64,000 nt of DNA from IMG/VR virus record IMGVR_UViG_3300027881_000007, positions 1 to 64,000 of that record. One strand, given 5' to 3'. Source of the stretch: a virus. Below are positions 55,205-63,001 of the stretch, in pieces (the stretch's first letter is position 1; each line of letters begins with the position of its first letter). Both the position numbers and the translations under genes were made by a program. The notes beneath the pieces were generated by a model. That model saw only the letters and a list, made by a program, of their open reading frames with translations. It made no database searches and was not told the DNA's origin.

Positions 55205-55932
55205 TGTATTCTCCTCACAAAAAGTAATGGCCATCTCTCATCGAAATTAGTAAAGTGTCGGTTCAACTGTTTCACTTCTTTTGTATCTGGAATATCTAAT
55301 CTGTTTGGTTTAACTTTATATCTAACATTCCCTGTGAGGACACATCCTTCAACTAGTCCACAAAACTGAGCAACCCGTTTTCCCCTTCTTTTAGGTTTTT
55401 TACAGTAGTCTTCATATCTCACAACCTTATATAAATCTGAAGGTAGTGTTGTTAATTGTGTATTTAAACGAGATAACTGTTCTTCGTGAATAACAGCTCC
55501 AGCCCTAAGATTTACTGAATGTCTTCTCCGAAAAGTTGATAAGACACACATTATAGGATTTCTAACCATTACAACTATTTTTAAATCATCCTTAAACAAA
55601 TCATATACATCATATAGATCTGGAGCGGAACGAGCACTCCCTCCAAAGGGTGCAGACCGTTTATATAGTACAACATCCTTTCTTGGAAATTTTTGAAGAA
55701 GTTTATCAATCATTGGTTGTATTTGACTCTTAGCATCTTGATGTTGTTTAAAGTCGCCTTGGCGATCCCACATTGTTCTTGTCAACTCATTAAACTCATT
55801 AATCAAGGGATCATTAAGTGGTCGATGATTTCCGCCAAGAGTTAAAACATTGCCCGGAGTGCTTAGTATTCTGAGCATCATTGTCGTACCAGAACCAGAG
55901 CAACCAACAATAAAGATAAACTTATAACTCAC
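55201..55932 (-). CDS. sulfotransferase
   Basis: 5'-PSB loop GCSGSGTTM; 3'-PB MVRNP...S; VRYED. Confidence 0.85.
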   Translation of the reverse strand: MSYKFIFIVGCSGSGTTMMLRILSTPGNVLTLGGNHRPLNDPLINEFNELTRTMWDRQGDFKQHQDAKSQIQPMIDKLLQKFPRKDVVLYKRSAPFGGSARSAPDLYDVYDLFKDDLKIVVMVRNPIMCVLSTFRRRHSVNLRAGAVIHEEQLSRLNTQLTTLPSDLYKVVRYEDYCKKPKRRGKRVAQFCGLVEGCVLTGNVRYKVKPNRLDIPDTKEVKQLNRHFTNFDERWPLLFVRRIQ

Positions 55933-55941
55933 TTCAATCTC

Positions 55942-56532
55942 CTATAATACTAAGACAAGAGCAATCCCAACAGCAATTGCTCCTATAACTCCAAGGGTAA
56001 TTTTATTTTCAATTCTTTGTTTCTCTAATTTATATTCCAACTGTAGAACTCTATTCTCGGCATTTACCCATAGAGTCCTGTAACGCTGAATGGTTATATC
56101 TTGGAGTTTGACAACATCTAACATTGCATTGTAAAGTTCAACTTCAACTTGTACTCTCTGAACCAATAGTTCAGAAATTTCAGCCATCATTTTGCCTTGC
56201 TCAATCTTGGCAACTATTTTGTTGTGCTCTTCAACAAGATATCCAACTACTTCAGCACCCTCTGGCACTTCCCCTTCCCAATCAAACTCTGTAGTCTGAC
56301 CTTTTCTTATTAAGATAATGGGAACAGGTTCATTCATTTTATGAACTTTATGAAGTATCTGCTTTAGTTTATCAACTCTGAGTTTGAAGGGGCGTTGGAA
56401 TCTCTCTTCCATTTCAATGGGTTTAAATTCATCTGGAGGCTTGAAATCTTTTGGACCGCTGGCACAACTAGTCAGCAGACCAATTCCAAGCAGCACGTAG
56501 ACGATCCAGGGACTCCTTAGCCGTTTGAACAT
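55942..56532 (-). CDS. spanin-like lipoprotein with C-terminal TM
   Basis: Lipobox LLTS-C, coiled coil, terminal ITLGVIGAIAVGIALVLVL; overlaps the upstream gene. Confidence 0.55.
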   Translation of the reverse strand: MFKRLRSPWIVYVLLGIGLLTSCASGPKDFKPPDEFKPIEMEERFQRPFKLRVDKLKQILHKVHKMNEPVPIILIRKGQTTEFDWEGEVPEGAEVVGYLVEEHNKIVAKIEQGKMMAEISELLVQRVQVEVELYNAMLDVVKLQDITIQRYRTLWVNAENRVLQLEYKLEKQRIENKITLGVIGAIAVGIALVLVL

Positions 56533-56848
56533 TTTTTATCTCCTTAACGGTTCTATTAAAAGTCCTAATAGACCTACCTAAGTCGATCTTAACCACTTGC
56601 GCCACCTCTTCTCTTTTTGTCATCTTCGTTGCTAGGTTGTCATTTGCAACAGCAAGCTGACTTAGTGCAGTTGTTAGTTGTTGCATTTGAACGAACTGTT
56701 TCATTTCATAGTTGTGGCGGTCCGTTAGCATATCCTTTGTCTCACTACGATAGCTAAGAAATATAATGAGAATAATAATAGCGAGAATGAATATGCCAAA
56801 GTCCTTAATTATTCCTAAGGCCTTGCTGAGTGCATCCATTATACCCAC
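56468..56848 (-). CDS. i-spanin-like protein (N-terminal TM plus coiled coil)
   Basis: FGIFILAIIILIIFL followed by a helical domain; Rz/Rz1-like overlap. Confidence 0.5.
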   Translation of the reverse strand: MGIMDALSKALGIIKDFGIFILAIIILIIFLSYRSETKDMLTDRHNYEMKQFVQMQQLTTALSQLAVANDNLATKMTKREEVAQVVKIDLGRSIRTFNRTVKEIKNVQTAKESLDRLRAAWNWSAD

Positions 56849-57627
56849 TCCTTTATTCTATATCCCAAAAGGTCAAACAGTTTTTCATTTTGTTCTCTGT
56901 AAAAGATATTAAATTCTCTCCTCACCTTTTTCTCCATTGGTTCGAAATTAGCCCCTACCCTTGACCAAACCTTATATACCTTTTCTTGGCTGTCCTTATA
57001 CATATCCCCTGTTTTCTTGCTATACCTTTTAGAAGGATGAATAATTTCAGTGGGAAAGTCAATAGGATCTGCTCCAAGAAATTCGTGTATCTTACTCATC
57101 TCATTAGTGGTATCTTCTTTCATCCTTTCGACAATGTATATATGAACCTGTTCTCTAGGAATATTTATAAAGACATTTTCTGCAAGATGCTTATAATATC
57201 TTCCCAATCTCAGATACATAGTCTTAAATTTTCTACAATTTTCTAAAGTAAATTTCCAGTTCACTTTTTTTGCTTGAACATTCATTCTATAGTGTGAGTA
57301 TGCCCGATCAGTTGGATTTCTAATTCCTATTATCAGTTTTGTGTCAGGAGCATATCTGCCCATAAGTCTCATAGCTTTTCTATGTCCTGCATAATCTGGA
57401 CTTTTTTCACCAGAAATTTTTCCCACAAACTTACTCTTATACCATTTAATTCCTTTATTCCAATTGTGTAAACCCCAAAATCTCATTTCAGTTCCACCGC
57501 CTACACCTGGTCTAACTGGACCTCCCCTTTTAGACATTGTTATATCTGGATGTTTATTCAGGTTTAGAAACAACTGAGTAGTTCCACACTTTAAAAAACC
57601 TGCTATTATAAAATCAGGAAGTTTCAA
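56839..57627 (-). CDS. sulfotransferase (heparan-sulfate-ST-like)
   Basis: KLPDFIIAGFLKCGTT, GEKSPDY and IRNPTDRAYSHY. Confidence 0.92.
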   Translation of the reverse strand: MKLPDFIIAGFLKCGTTQLFLNLNKHPDITMSKRGGPVRPGVGGGTEMRFWGLHNWNKGIKWYKSKFVGKISGEKSPDYAGHRKAMRLMGRYAPDTKLIIGIRNPTDRAYSHYRMNVQAKKVNWKFTLENCRKFKTMYLRLGRYYKHLAENVFINIPREQVHIYIVERMKEDTTNEMSKIHEFLGADPIDFPTEIIHPSKRYSKKTGDMYKDSQEKVYKVWSRVGANFEPMEKKVRREFNIFYREQNEKLFDLLGYRIKEWV

Positions 57628-58321
57628 TACAATCTCCTATCTCGTAAACTGGTCCATCGAATTTATTAAATACCTTTATAACATCATTAAATCTTGGGTC
57701 AACCCTTTTCAACATAAAACCATTCTTCTTATGGTTGAGTATTCTCCCAACTCTCATAGGTTCTCTGTAATCGAATGGATCTAGATTACAATGTTCATAA
57801 ATTCTCGCTGATATTTCTTTAAAGTTTGAGACCATATTTTCATACTTTATTGTTAAACAACTTTTTAAGTCTGCAATCATTTCAGTGTACTTTGGTATAT
57901 AAGTAATATACTCATCAATCATTCTGGGAATCTGTTTCATCTTTCCCCTTTTACGATATTTCATTTTTATAATCGAATTCCATGAGTCAAGGGGATGTCT
58001 CACTATTTGAATTATTCTTGCATCACTACCAAAGAGTTCATTCCATTTTTCACAATATTCAACAACTGTAATATTTGATAAATGGCGTTTACCAATTACT
58101 CTCTTTTCGTAGATTAGTTTATCTCCATGATTTAACTTAAACTTAGGGTATTTGTTGTAAAGATAATTCTTAGTTGTAAATTGAAATCTAGATGAATATC
58201 TACTTCGTATTATATGCTCTTCATTAAACATACCTGCCATTTGTGGATGTTTCTTACAAGTCCTATATGTAAGTGTAGTCCCACTTCTTGGAAATCCGAC
58301 AACCAAAACCTTTACTCCCAA
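57614..58321 (-). CDS. sulfotransferase
   Basis: GFPRSGTT, IVRHPLD..S and IKYEN. Confidence 0.9.
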   Translation of the reverse strand: MGVKVLVVGFPRSGTTLTYRTCKKHPQMAGMFNEEHIIRSRYSSRFQFTTKNYLYNKYPKFKLNHGDKLIYEKRVIGKRHLSNITVVEYCEKWNELFGSDARIIQIVRHPLDSWNSIIKMKYRKRGKMKQIPRMIDEYITYIPKYTEMIADLKSCLTIKYENMVSNFKEISARIYEHCNLDPFDYREPMRVGRILNHKKNGFMLKRVDPRFNDVIKVFNKFDGPVYEIGDCIETS

Positions 58322-58322
58322 A

Positions 58323-58994
58323 TCATCTCCCCCTTAAACGCTTATGAAACTTGTTAACTTCTCTATAGAGTTCTTTTGTTCTTTCAATAACTACTTCTTC
58401 TACTTCTTTACTTATTGGTTTATTAGTTGAGGCTTTTCTGTGATCTACAACATTTATTAACTTTCTAAATGGTCCAACGTCCTGGAGTTTTATATCGTTT
58501 GTCCATTGTTCAAATCTTACAATAGGATTCCCTGACTCCAAAAAATCAAAAACAACATTGTTCCATCTTGTTGTGTACCAGATAGCTAGTTTCTCTGTGT
58601 CTACGCCTCCAAAGCGTTCAGCCTGTTCGGGGTGTCTTCGACTATACATTGAGCAATAAGCGTACACAGGATTTCGTACAATACACATTGCCTTAATAGA
58701 ATTTATTGTTAGAAATGGAGTAAACTTAGAGACCCCACCACTGAATAGAATGGGTTTTTTAGAATTGTGAACGAACCTTACTAAATTATCGTTAAGATTG
58801 ATAGTCATATCAAGGTCAGTCCCAGTACGTTGTTTCCATCTTTTCTGCATAGTTGCTTTTGGCATATAACATATATCACCTGCGGAACCGATAACTGTAT
58901 CTGGTCGCATATGAGCATTCATCAAACGTCTAACAAGAGATGTGGCATGACCACCCCATGGTGCAATTGCTACTTTAATATTCTGGTTCTTCAT
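58323..58994 (-). CDS. divergent sulfotransferase-like protein
   Basis: PWGGHATS loop, IVRNPV...S and VRFE. Confidence 0.55.
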   Translation of the reverse strand: MKNQNIKVAIAPWGGHATSLVRRLMNAHMRPDTVIGSAGDICYMPKATMQKRWKQRTGTDLDMTINLNDNLVRFVHNSKKPILFSGGVSKFTPFLTINSIKAMCIVRNPVYAYCSMYSRRHPEQAERFGGVDTEKLAIWYTTRWNNVVFDFLESGNPIVRFEQWTNDIKLQDVGPFRKLINVVDHRKASTNKPISKEVEEVVIERTKELYREVNKFHKRLRGR

Positions 58995-59310
58995 ATTCTG
59001 TACCTTCCCATAACTCTCCAAATGGGAGACAAATTTCAAGACATTCCAAAAGTAGTGATTGTGCCTTCTTCCTCCATTCTCTCTTCGGACTAATACAAGC
59101 GACTACAACTGTAAACCCTTGTTCTTCTAATAATGCAGCAAACTTTGCTATGAGCATTATATTGCTTTCTCGTCCCTCATCTGTAAAATCAGAGGGAAAA
59201 TGTTCTCTTATCCTGTCCCCATCTAAAACAATACCATTAGTTTGTCTAGCAATACGATTTGCTAAAGTTGTCTTACCCGCCCCAGATCGACCTGTAATCC
59301 AATATACCAT
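58975..59310 (-). CDS. cysC: adenylylsulfate (APS) kinase, compact form
   Basis: WITGRSGAGKTTLA, LDGDRIR, FTDEGRESNI, ISP and YEEP. Confidence 0.88.
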   Translation of the reverse strand: MVYWITGRSGAGKTTLANRIARQTNGIVLDGDRIREHFPSDFTDEGRESNIMLIAKFAALLEEQGFTVVVACISPKREWRKKAQSLLLECLEICLPFGELWEGTEYEEPEY

Positions 59311-59322
59311 TTATGTAATCCT

Positions 59323-59838
59323 CTATCTGTTTATATAATCAGTTATCACAGCAGCTCCATGAATAATCTCAACACTCTTCTCAACTATTTCAGCACCCTC
59401 TTCATGAGTTGGAGGTTCAAGTTCTAAGCTCGCTTGCATCCTTTCCATAACAACTAAAGGAAAATCAGATTCGATTGCTCTTTCAATACAAGTTTCATAT
59501 GGAGTTTTTACATAAATAATTGTTACATCTGCTCCATATTCTTTACCTAAGTTGATTACTTTCTCTCTTCTAAATTTTGTTGTGTGTGTTCCATCGAGAA
59601 CTACATCTAGTCCTCTGATCAGACTGGCCCTAACCATTGTATTAAATGTGCCCCAAACAAAGTCTTCTAGTTTTGGATCAAATTCAACTCCAAGTGCAAG
59701 TCTAATATCATCACCACAAATGACTTGGTATTCCCGGAGTTCCCGATTCACTATTGTCGACTTCCCGCTCTTTGGGAGGCCGCACATTATCACCATCGTC
59801 GGTCTTCTCTCTACTCCTTGATCTTTCGGCATTCTCAA
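59323..59838 (-). CDS. AAA_33/polynucleotide kinase-like P-loop kinase
   Basis: CGLPKSGKST, DDIR, VLDGT and CIER. Confidence 0.85.
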   Translation of the reverse strand: MRMPKDQGVERRPTMVIMCGLPKSGKSTIVNRELREYQVICGDDIRLALGVEFDPKLEDFVWGTFNTMVRASLIRGLDVVLDGTHTTKFRREKVINLGKEYGADVTIIYVKTPYETCIERAIESDFPLVVMERMQASLELEPPTHEEGAEIVEKSVEIIHGAAVITDYINR

Positions 59839-59871
59839 TTCCCCTTTGAATTATTGTTTCGTAGTAGTCCA

Positions 59872-60144
59872 TTATTCAAACCTCTTTTTGACCTTCTCCA
59901 TATAAGCATACTGATCTATTCTTGGAGGATTTGGCTTATGATTATATCGTGAAATAATTCTCCAATCCCTAACTTGTGGTTCTCTACATCTTTTACATTC
60001 TCTATACAATCTTGAGTATTCTCCTTCTGTACCGGTGCACTCTCTTGTAATAGTACCATCAGGTTGGGCATATACTACACTAGAGGCCTCTTCCCATTCA
60101 TGTTCTTTTAAACACTTCATCGTGGGATTTCCATTTTTCTCCAT
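59872..60144 (-). CDS. hypothetical Zn-binding protein
   Basis: C...HEW...CKRC; GGAGG RBS. Confidence 0.55.
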   Translation of the reverse strand: MEKNGNPTMKCLKEHEWEEASSVVYAQPDGTITRECTGTEGEYSRLYRECKRCREPQVRDWRIISRYNHKPNPPRIDQYAYMEKVKKRFE

Positions 60145-60167
60145 TACGCATCTGCCTCCGACCTTTT

Positions 60168-60416
60168 CTAATCGACTTGAGCAGCTTTCGATTCTGGAGT
60201 ATGCTTTTTGCCTTTTTTGATTTCATTAATTATATGCTCCGATAGAATTTGATCTTGTTTTAGAAATAACCTTATTGCCTCAACAGTGATACACTTTGAA
60301 ATCTCAGAGTAACAGCTTTCCTTTTTGCAATAACTCCTATCACTCTTTACTTCATGGTCATCACATCTTGCGCATGTACCTAAGATCATAGTCCCTATCA
60401 TTTCTATTCCTTTCAA
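60168..60416 (-). CDS. small Cys-rich protein
   Basis: CARC...C...C...C. Confidence 0.5.
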   Translation of the reverse strand: MKGIEMIGTMILGTCARCDDHEVKSDRSYCKKESCYSEISKCITVEAIRLFLKQDQILSEHIINEIKKGKKHTPESKAAQVD

Positions 60417-60616
60417 TCTTCAAACAACTTCCAAAAGTGCTCATTGACAACTTTTTGAATTTCAGGATCAGGATCTTTTTGCTCCTTAAATAAATTATAT
60501 ACAAACTTTCGATGAATTTTTGCTTCTTCTTCTGTGAGATTTCTATGTCCGGGAAAGAGTTTTTCACAAAACTCAATCCAATTTTTATCGCCCGACATCT
60601 TGTACCTCACCTTCAA
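60413..60616 (-). CDS. small hypothetical protein
   Basis: Tiled ORF. Confidence 0.5.
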   Translation of the reverse strand: MKVRYKMSGDKNWIEFCEKLFPGHRNLTEEEAKIHRKFVYNLFKEQKDPDPEIQKVVNEHFWKLFED

Positions 60617-61019
60617 TAGAAGGACCTTCTACAGAAAGAAGTTCTTCATCTGGTATTCCTAAACCAACTGGACTTAACTGCTCCAATTCATATACAACCA
60701 TAGATTTTAGAATACTATTCCAAGTTTTCCTATTGAAGGGTCCATCAGGCAAGTCATTGCCCCTAGTCCAGTCTTCTGCAGCCCTTGGTTTTCTTCGTGA
60801 AACTACACAACCAAGATATCCTTTATTGGGTCTTTCAATTGCTACTATAGCATATACATTCTCAAAAGTATATAGTTTAAATTTAAAGCGATGTTCATAT
60901 TCACCATTGCCGTGACCTTCTCCTTCGTCCTCTGTAATATGGACATAGTTTTCAACGTTTCCACGAGTTCCCAAGTCTTCTTCTATCCACTTTTTTAGAT
61001 CTTTAATTGTATTACTCAT
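60585..61019 (-). CDS. hypothetical protein
   Basis: YLGCVVSRRKPRAAEDWTRGNDLPDG; AAGGAG RBS before MSNTI. Confidence 0.75.
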   Translation of the reverse strand: MSNTIKDLKKWIEEDLGTRGNVENYVHITEDEGEGHGNGEYEHRFKFKLYTFENVYAIVAIERPNKGYLGCVVSRRKPRAAEDWTRGNDLPDGPFNRKTWNSILKSMVVYELEQLSPVGLGIPDEELLSVEGPSIEGEVQDVGR

Positions 61020-61042
61020 AGTTCGCTCCTTTCTTGACAACG

Positions 61043-61095
61043 AAAAAAAATGAGGGGGTTGCGACCCTTTTGAAAAAAAGGCGTGGACCCCCTCA
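61043..61095 (-). terminator. terminator hairpin ending the RNA cluster
   Basis: TGAGGGGGT/ACCCCCTCA 9-bp stem followed by T8 on the minus strand. Confidence 0.7.
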
Positions 61096-61201
61096 AAACC
61101 ACATCTATCCCAAAGGAGAAGAGTTTAGCAGCCTTTTCCTGTGTGGACCAAACTCTATTAATGCAGGGTCGCAGACAGAATGACATGAACTAAACCACAC
61201 A
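61051..61201 (-). ncRNA. unknown structured ncRNA, copy A
   Basis: Shares motifs and covarying stems with copy B; strand inferred from the tRNA and terminator. Confidence 0.55.
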
Positions 61202-61249
61202 AACCCCGGCAGATAGAGGCAAAGGCAGCAGGCGCAGCAAGGCACCATC

Positions 61250-61390
61250 GAGGAGATGCGGACCTTGTTGAAAAGGGGTGGTCTCCCCAAACCACAACTT
61301 CCCTAGGAGTCGGCTAGCACAGTCAGGATTTTCTGGTGCAAACTGTGTTAGGGCCGCAGGTTCGCAGACGGCATGGGCTGGACTCGCACC
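61250..61390 (-). ncRNA. unknown structured ncRNA, copy B
   Basis: Shares GTCTGCGAMCCTGC, CTCCT..GGGA, TGTGGTTT and a terminal hairpin with copy A. Confidence 0.55.
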
Positions 61391-61444
61391 AACCACTATG
61401 CTGAATCGGAGGGATTTTTTGATGCATAGTGGAGAAAAAACTTT

Positions 61445-61512
61445 TGGAGCGGGGGAGAGGAGTCGAACCCCTTCTGGACTTGGAAGGTCCTTACCGGCCA
61501 CCCGGCCTCCGC
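61445..61512 (-). tRNA. tRNA-Gly(TCC)-like, 68 nt, with shortened D-arm
   Basis: GCGGAGG/CCCCCGC acceptor stem, T discriminator, encoded CCA, GGAC-CTTCCAA-GTCC anticodon arm, AGGGG-TTCGACT-CCTCT T-arm. Confidence 0.8.
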
Positions 61513-61518
61513 ATGTCT

Positions 61519-61809
61519 TCATTTCGGAACCTCCAGAGGAGTGTTGTGATTCATTTTTCTTCGAAGCATTTCTTTAACCAATTCATTATGTACATTTATA
61601 ATAAACTCAAACGCTTCTCTAGTCACATTACCTTTTTTATTCCATGCGCCGTGTAGCATATGACATTTTCTATGAAGATCAACTAACTGCGGATTGGTTA
61701 ACTCTCGTACTACCTTCCCGCTCCTGTCCCTCTCAATCTCTTTAAGACGATTATATGTGGAGGGTAATTTTTGTATTATTTTCAAATACCTTTCGATCAG
61801 AGGATTCAT
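61519..61809 (-). CDS. hypothetical protein
   Basis: AGGA RBS; leader-like LIERYLKIIQ; His-rich. Confidence 0.65.
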   Translation of the reverse strand: MNPLIERYLKIIQKLPSTYNRLKEIERDRSGKVVRELTNPQLVDLHRKCHMLHGAWNKKGNVTREAFEFIINVHNELVKEMLRRKMNHNTPLEVPK

Positions 61810-61821
61810 TTTCTGATCCTA

Positions 61822-62193
61822 TTAGCGAGATCGTTTTAGTCGTCGTTTAGCCTGTTCCTTAAGAAGCTCAGCATAAGAAAATGATGAAACCCTAATATCC
61901 TCTTTTAATTCACCTTTTTCTCTTTGACCCTCGACCCACTTGGCCAACTTAGCTTGCATGCCATCTGCCCAATTGGAGAGAGTTGGGTTTTCCTTCTTAT
62001 TCCAAACATTCAAATTTGTAAGAGCCTTTGAAACAGTTTCCCAACCCTTCTTTTTAATCAGATCTTCGAAGTGACTCATCGAAAGTGTTTCAACATCTTT
62101 ACCCTCAGGCACCTCAAGGACACCAGGATGTTTAACTGGAATTTTTACCTTCTGCTCACTAAGTCCTTCAAGGTAATTGTTTACGGCCTTCAT
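61822..62193 (-). CDS. putative capsid-internal protein
   Basis: Leader AVNNYLEGLSE; promoter motif upstream. Confidence 0.65.
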   Translation of the reverse strand: MKAVNNYLEGLSEQKVKIPVKHPGVLEVPEGKDVETLSMSHFEDLIKKKGWETVSKALTNLNVWNKKENPTLSNWADGMQAKLAKWVEGQREKGELKEDIRVSSFSYAELLKEQAKRRLKRSR

Positions 62194-62211
62194 ATTATGC
62201 TCCTATTTATA

Positions 62212-62222
62212 ATATGTTCTAT
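62212..62222 (-). promoter_or_regulatory. putative late promoter motif ATAGAACATAT
   Basis: Variant of the recurrent motif. Confidence 0.4.
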
Positions 62223-62229
62223 ATAGACA

Positions 62230-62613
62230 CTATATTATCCCATTCGTTCTGTCGAGTGTAATCTTCACGTCTTGTATGGATTGTCCAAAAATCTGTTTCT
62301 GTAAAAGGAAATTACTCGTAGCAATCTCAAGTCGTTCCATAGACTTATTTGCACAACGATCTTCTCTCAAATATTCTTGAATACCAAGAGCTTCAATAAT
62401 GTCATCCTGGCTGACTTCATAGTTATACATTAATAAGCTCCCTATTCTCCTTTCTGCTCCTTCTGTTTCTTGTATTTTCAGAGCATCTAGAAGTTGCTCT
62501 CTCGTACACTTTCCTCTAATTACAAGGATTTCACCCAAGAGAGCTTTTCCCTTGTTTTCAACTATTTCTGCCTCTGTGTATATACCTAGTTTCTCAAGTA
62601 TCTTTCTTAACAT
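62230..62613 (-). CDS. stand-alone MshEN-like domain protein
   Basis: Tandem LLGEILVIRGKCTREQLLDALKIQ and RIGSLLMYNYEVSQDDIIEALGIQ match RLGxxLxxxGxxxxxxLxxxLxxQ. Confidence 0.75.
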   Translation of the reverse strand: MLRKILEKLGIYTEAEIVENKGKALLGEILVIRGKCTREQLLDALKIQETEGAERRIGSLLMYNYEVSQDDIIEALGIQEYLREDRCANKSMERLEIATSNFLLQKQIFGQSIQDVKITLDRTNGII

Positions 62614-63001
62614 GGTCGTCCACCTCACTTTTATATTTCTCAAATTCAGTCTCTAGGCGAACAAAGTCCAATTTTATTTTGTCTATCTCCTTTATTTTCT
62701 CCGCTTGTGGTTCCATCTTAGTTTGAACTACAGCCATTTCTTTTGAGAACTCACTCAAACTAGTAGAGCATCCTTCCATAGTACTGGATAGTTTGTCAAG
62801 TTTTCTACAGAGTCGTGCATCACAAGTATTTCTATATTGACTACAAAGTTCTTCCCATTTTTCTCTTGTTAAGACTTCTCTTGCATAATCAAATTTAAAC
62901 TTAAAATAATCCTTGACTAACCATATTAATAGTCCAATACTCGCTGTAGCAATCACTCCAAAAATTATTTTCAGAAAGTCTGTGAAGGTGAATTTATCCA
63001 T
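62594..63001 (-). CDS. membrane-anchored coiled-coil protein
   Basis: N-terminal TM segment and heptad-rich C-terminus. Confidence 0.6.
   Translation of the reverse strand: MDKFTFTDFLKIIFGVIATASIGLLIWLVKDYFKFKFDYAREVLTREKWEELCSQYRNTCDARLCRKLDKLSSTMEGCSTSLSEFSKEMAVVQTKMEPQAEKIKEIDKIKLDFVRLETEFEKYKSEVDDHVKKDT

Noticed and set aside
61298-61365. Resemblance of copy B (plus strand) to a permuted pistol ribozyme or to group I intron core elements
   Set aside because: The matching bases are not conserved in copy A, and the remaining required core elements are missing
61105-61577. ORFs 61105-61290, 61190-61522 and 61278-61577, including a VCDPALIEFGP/VCEPAALTQFAP peptide similarity
   Set aside because: They overlap the tRNA and structured repeats, and other conserved blocks fall in different frames, so nucleotide-level duplication explains the similarity
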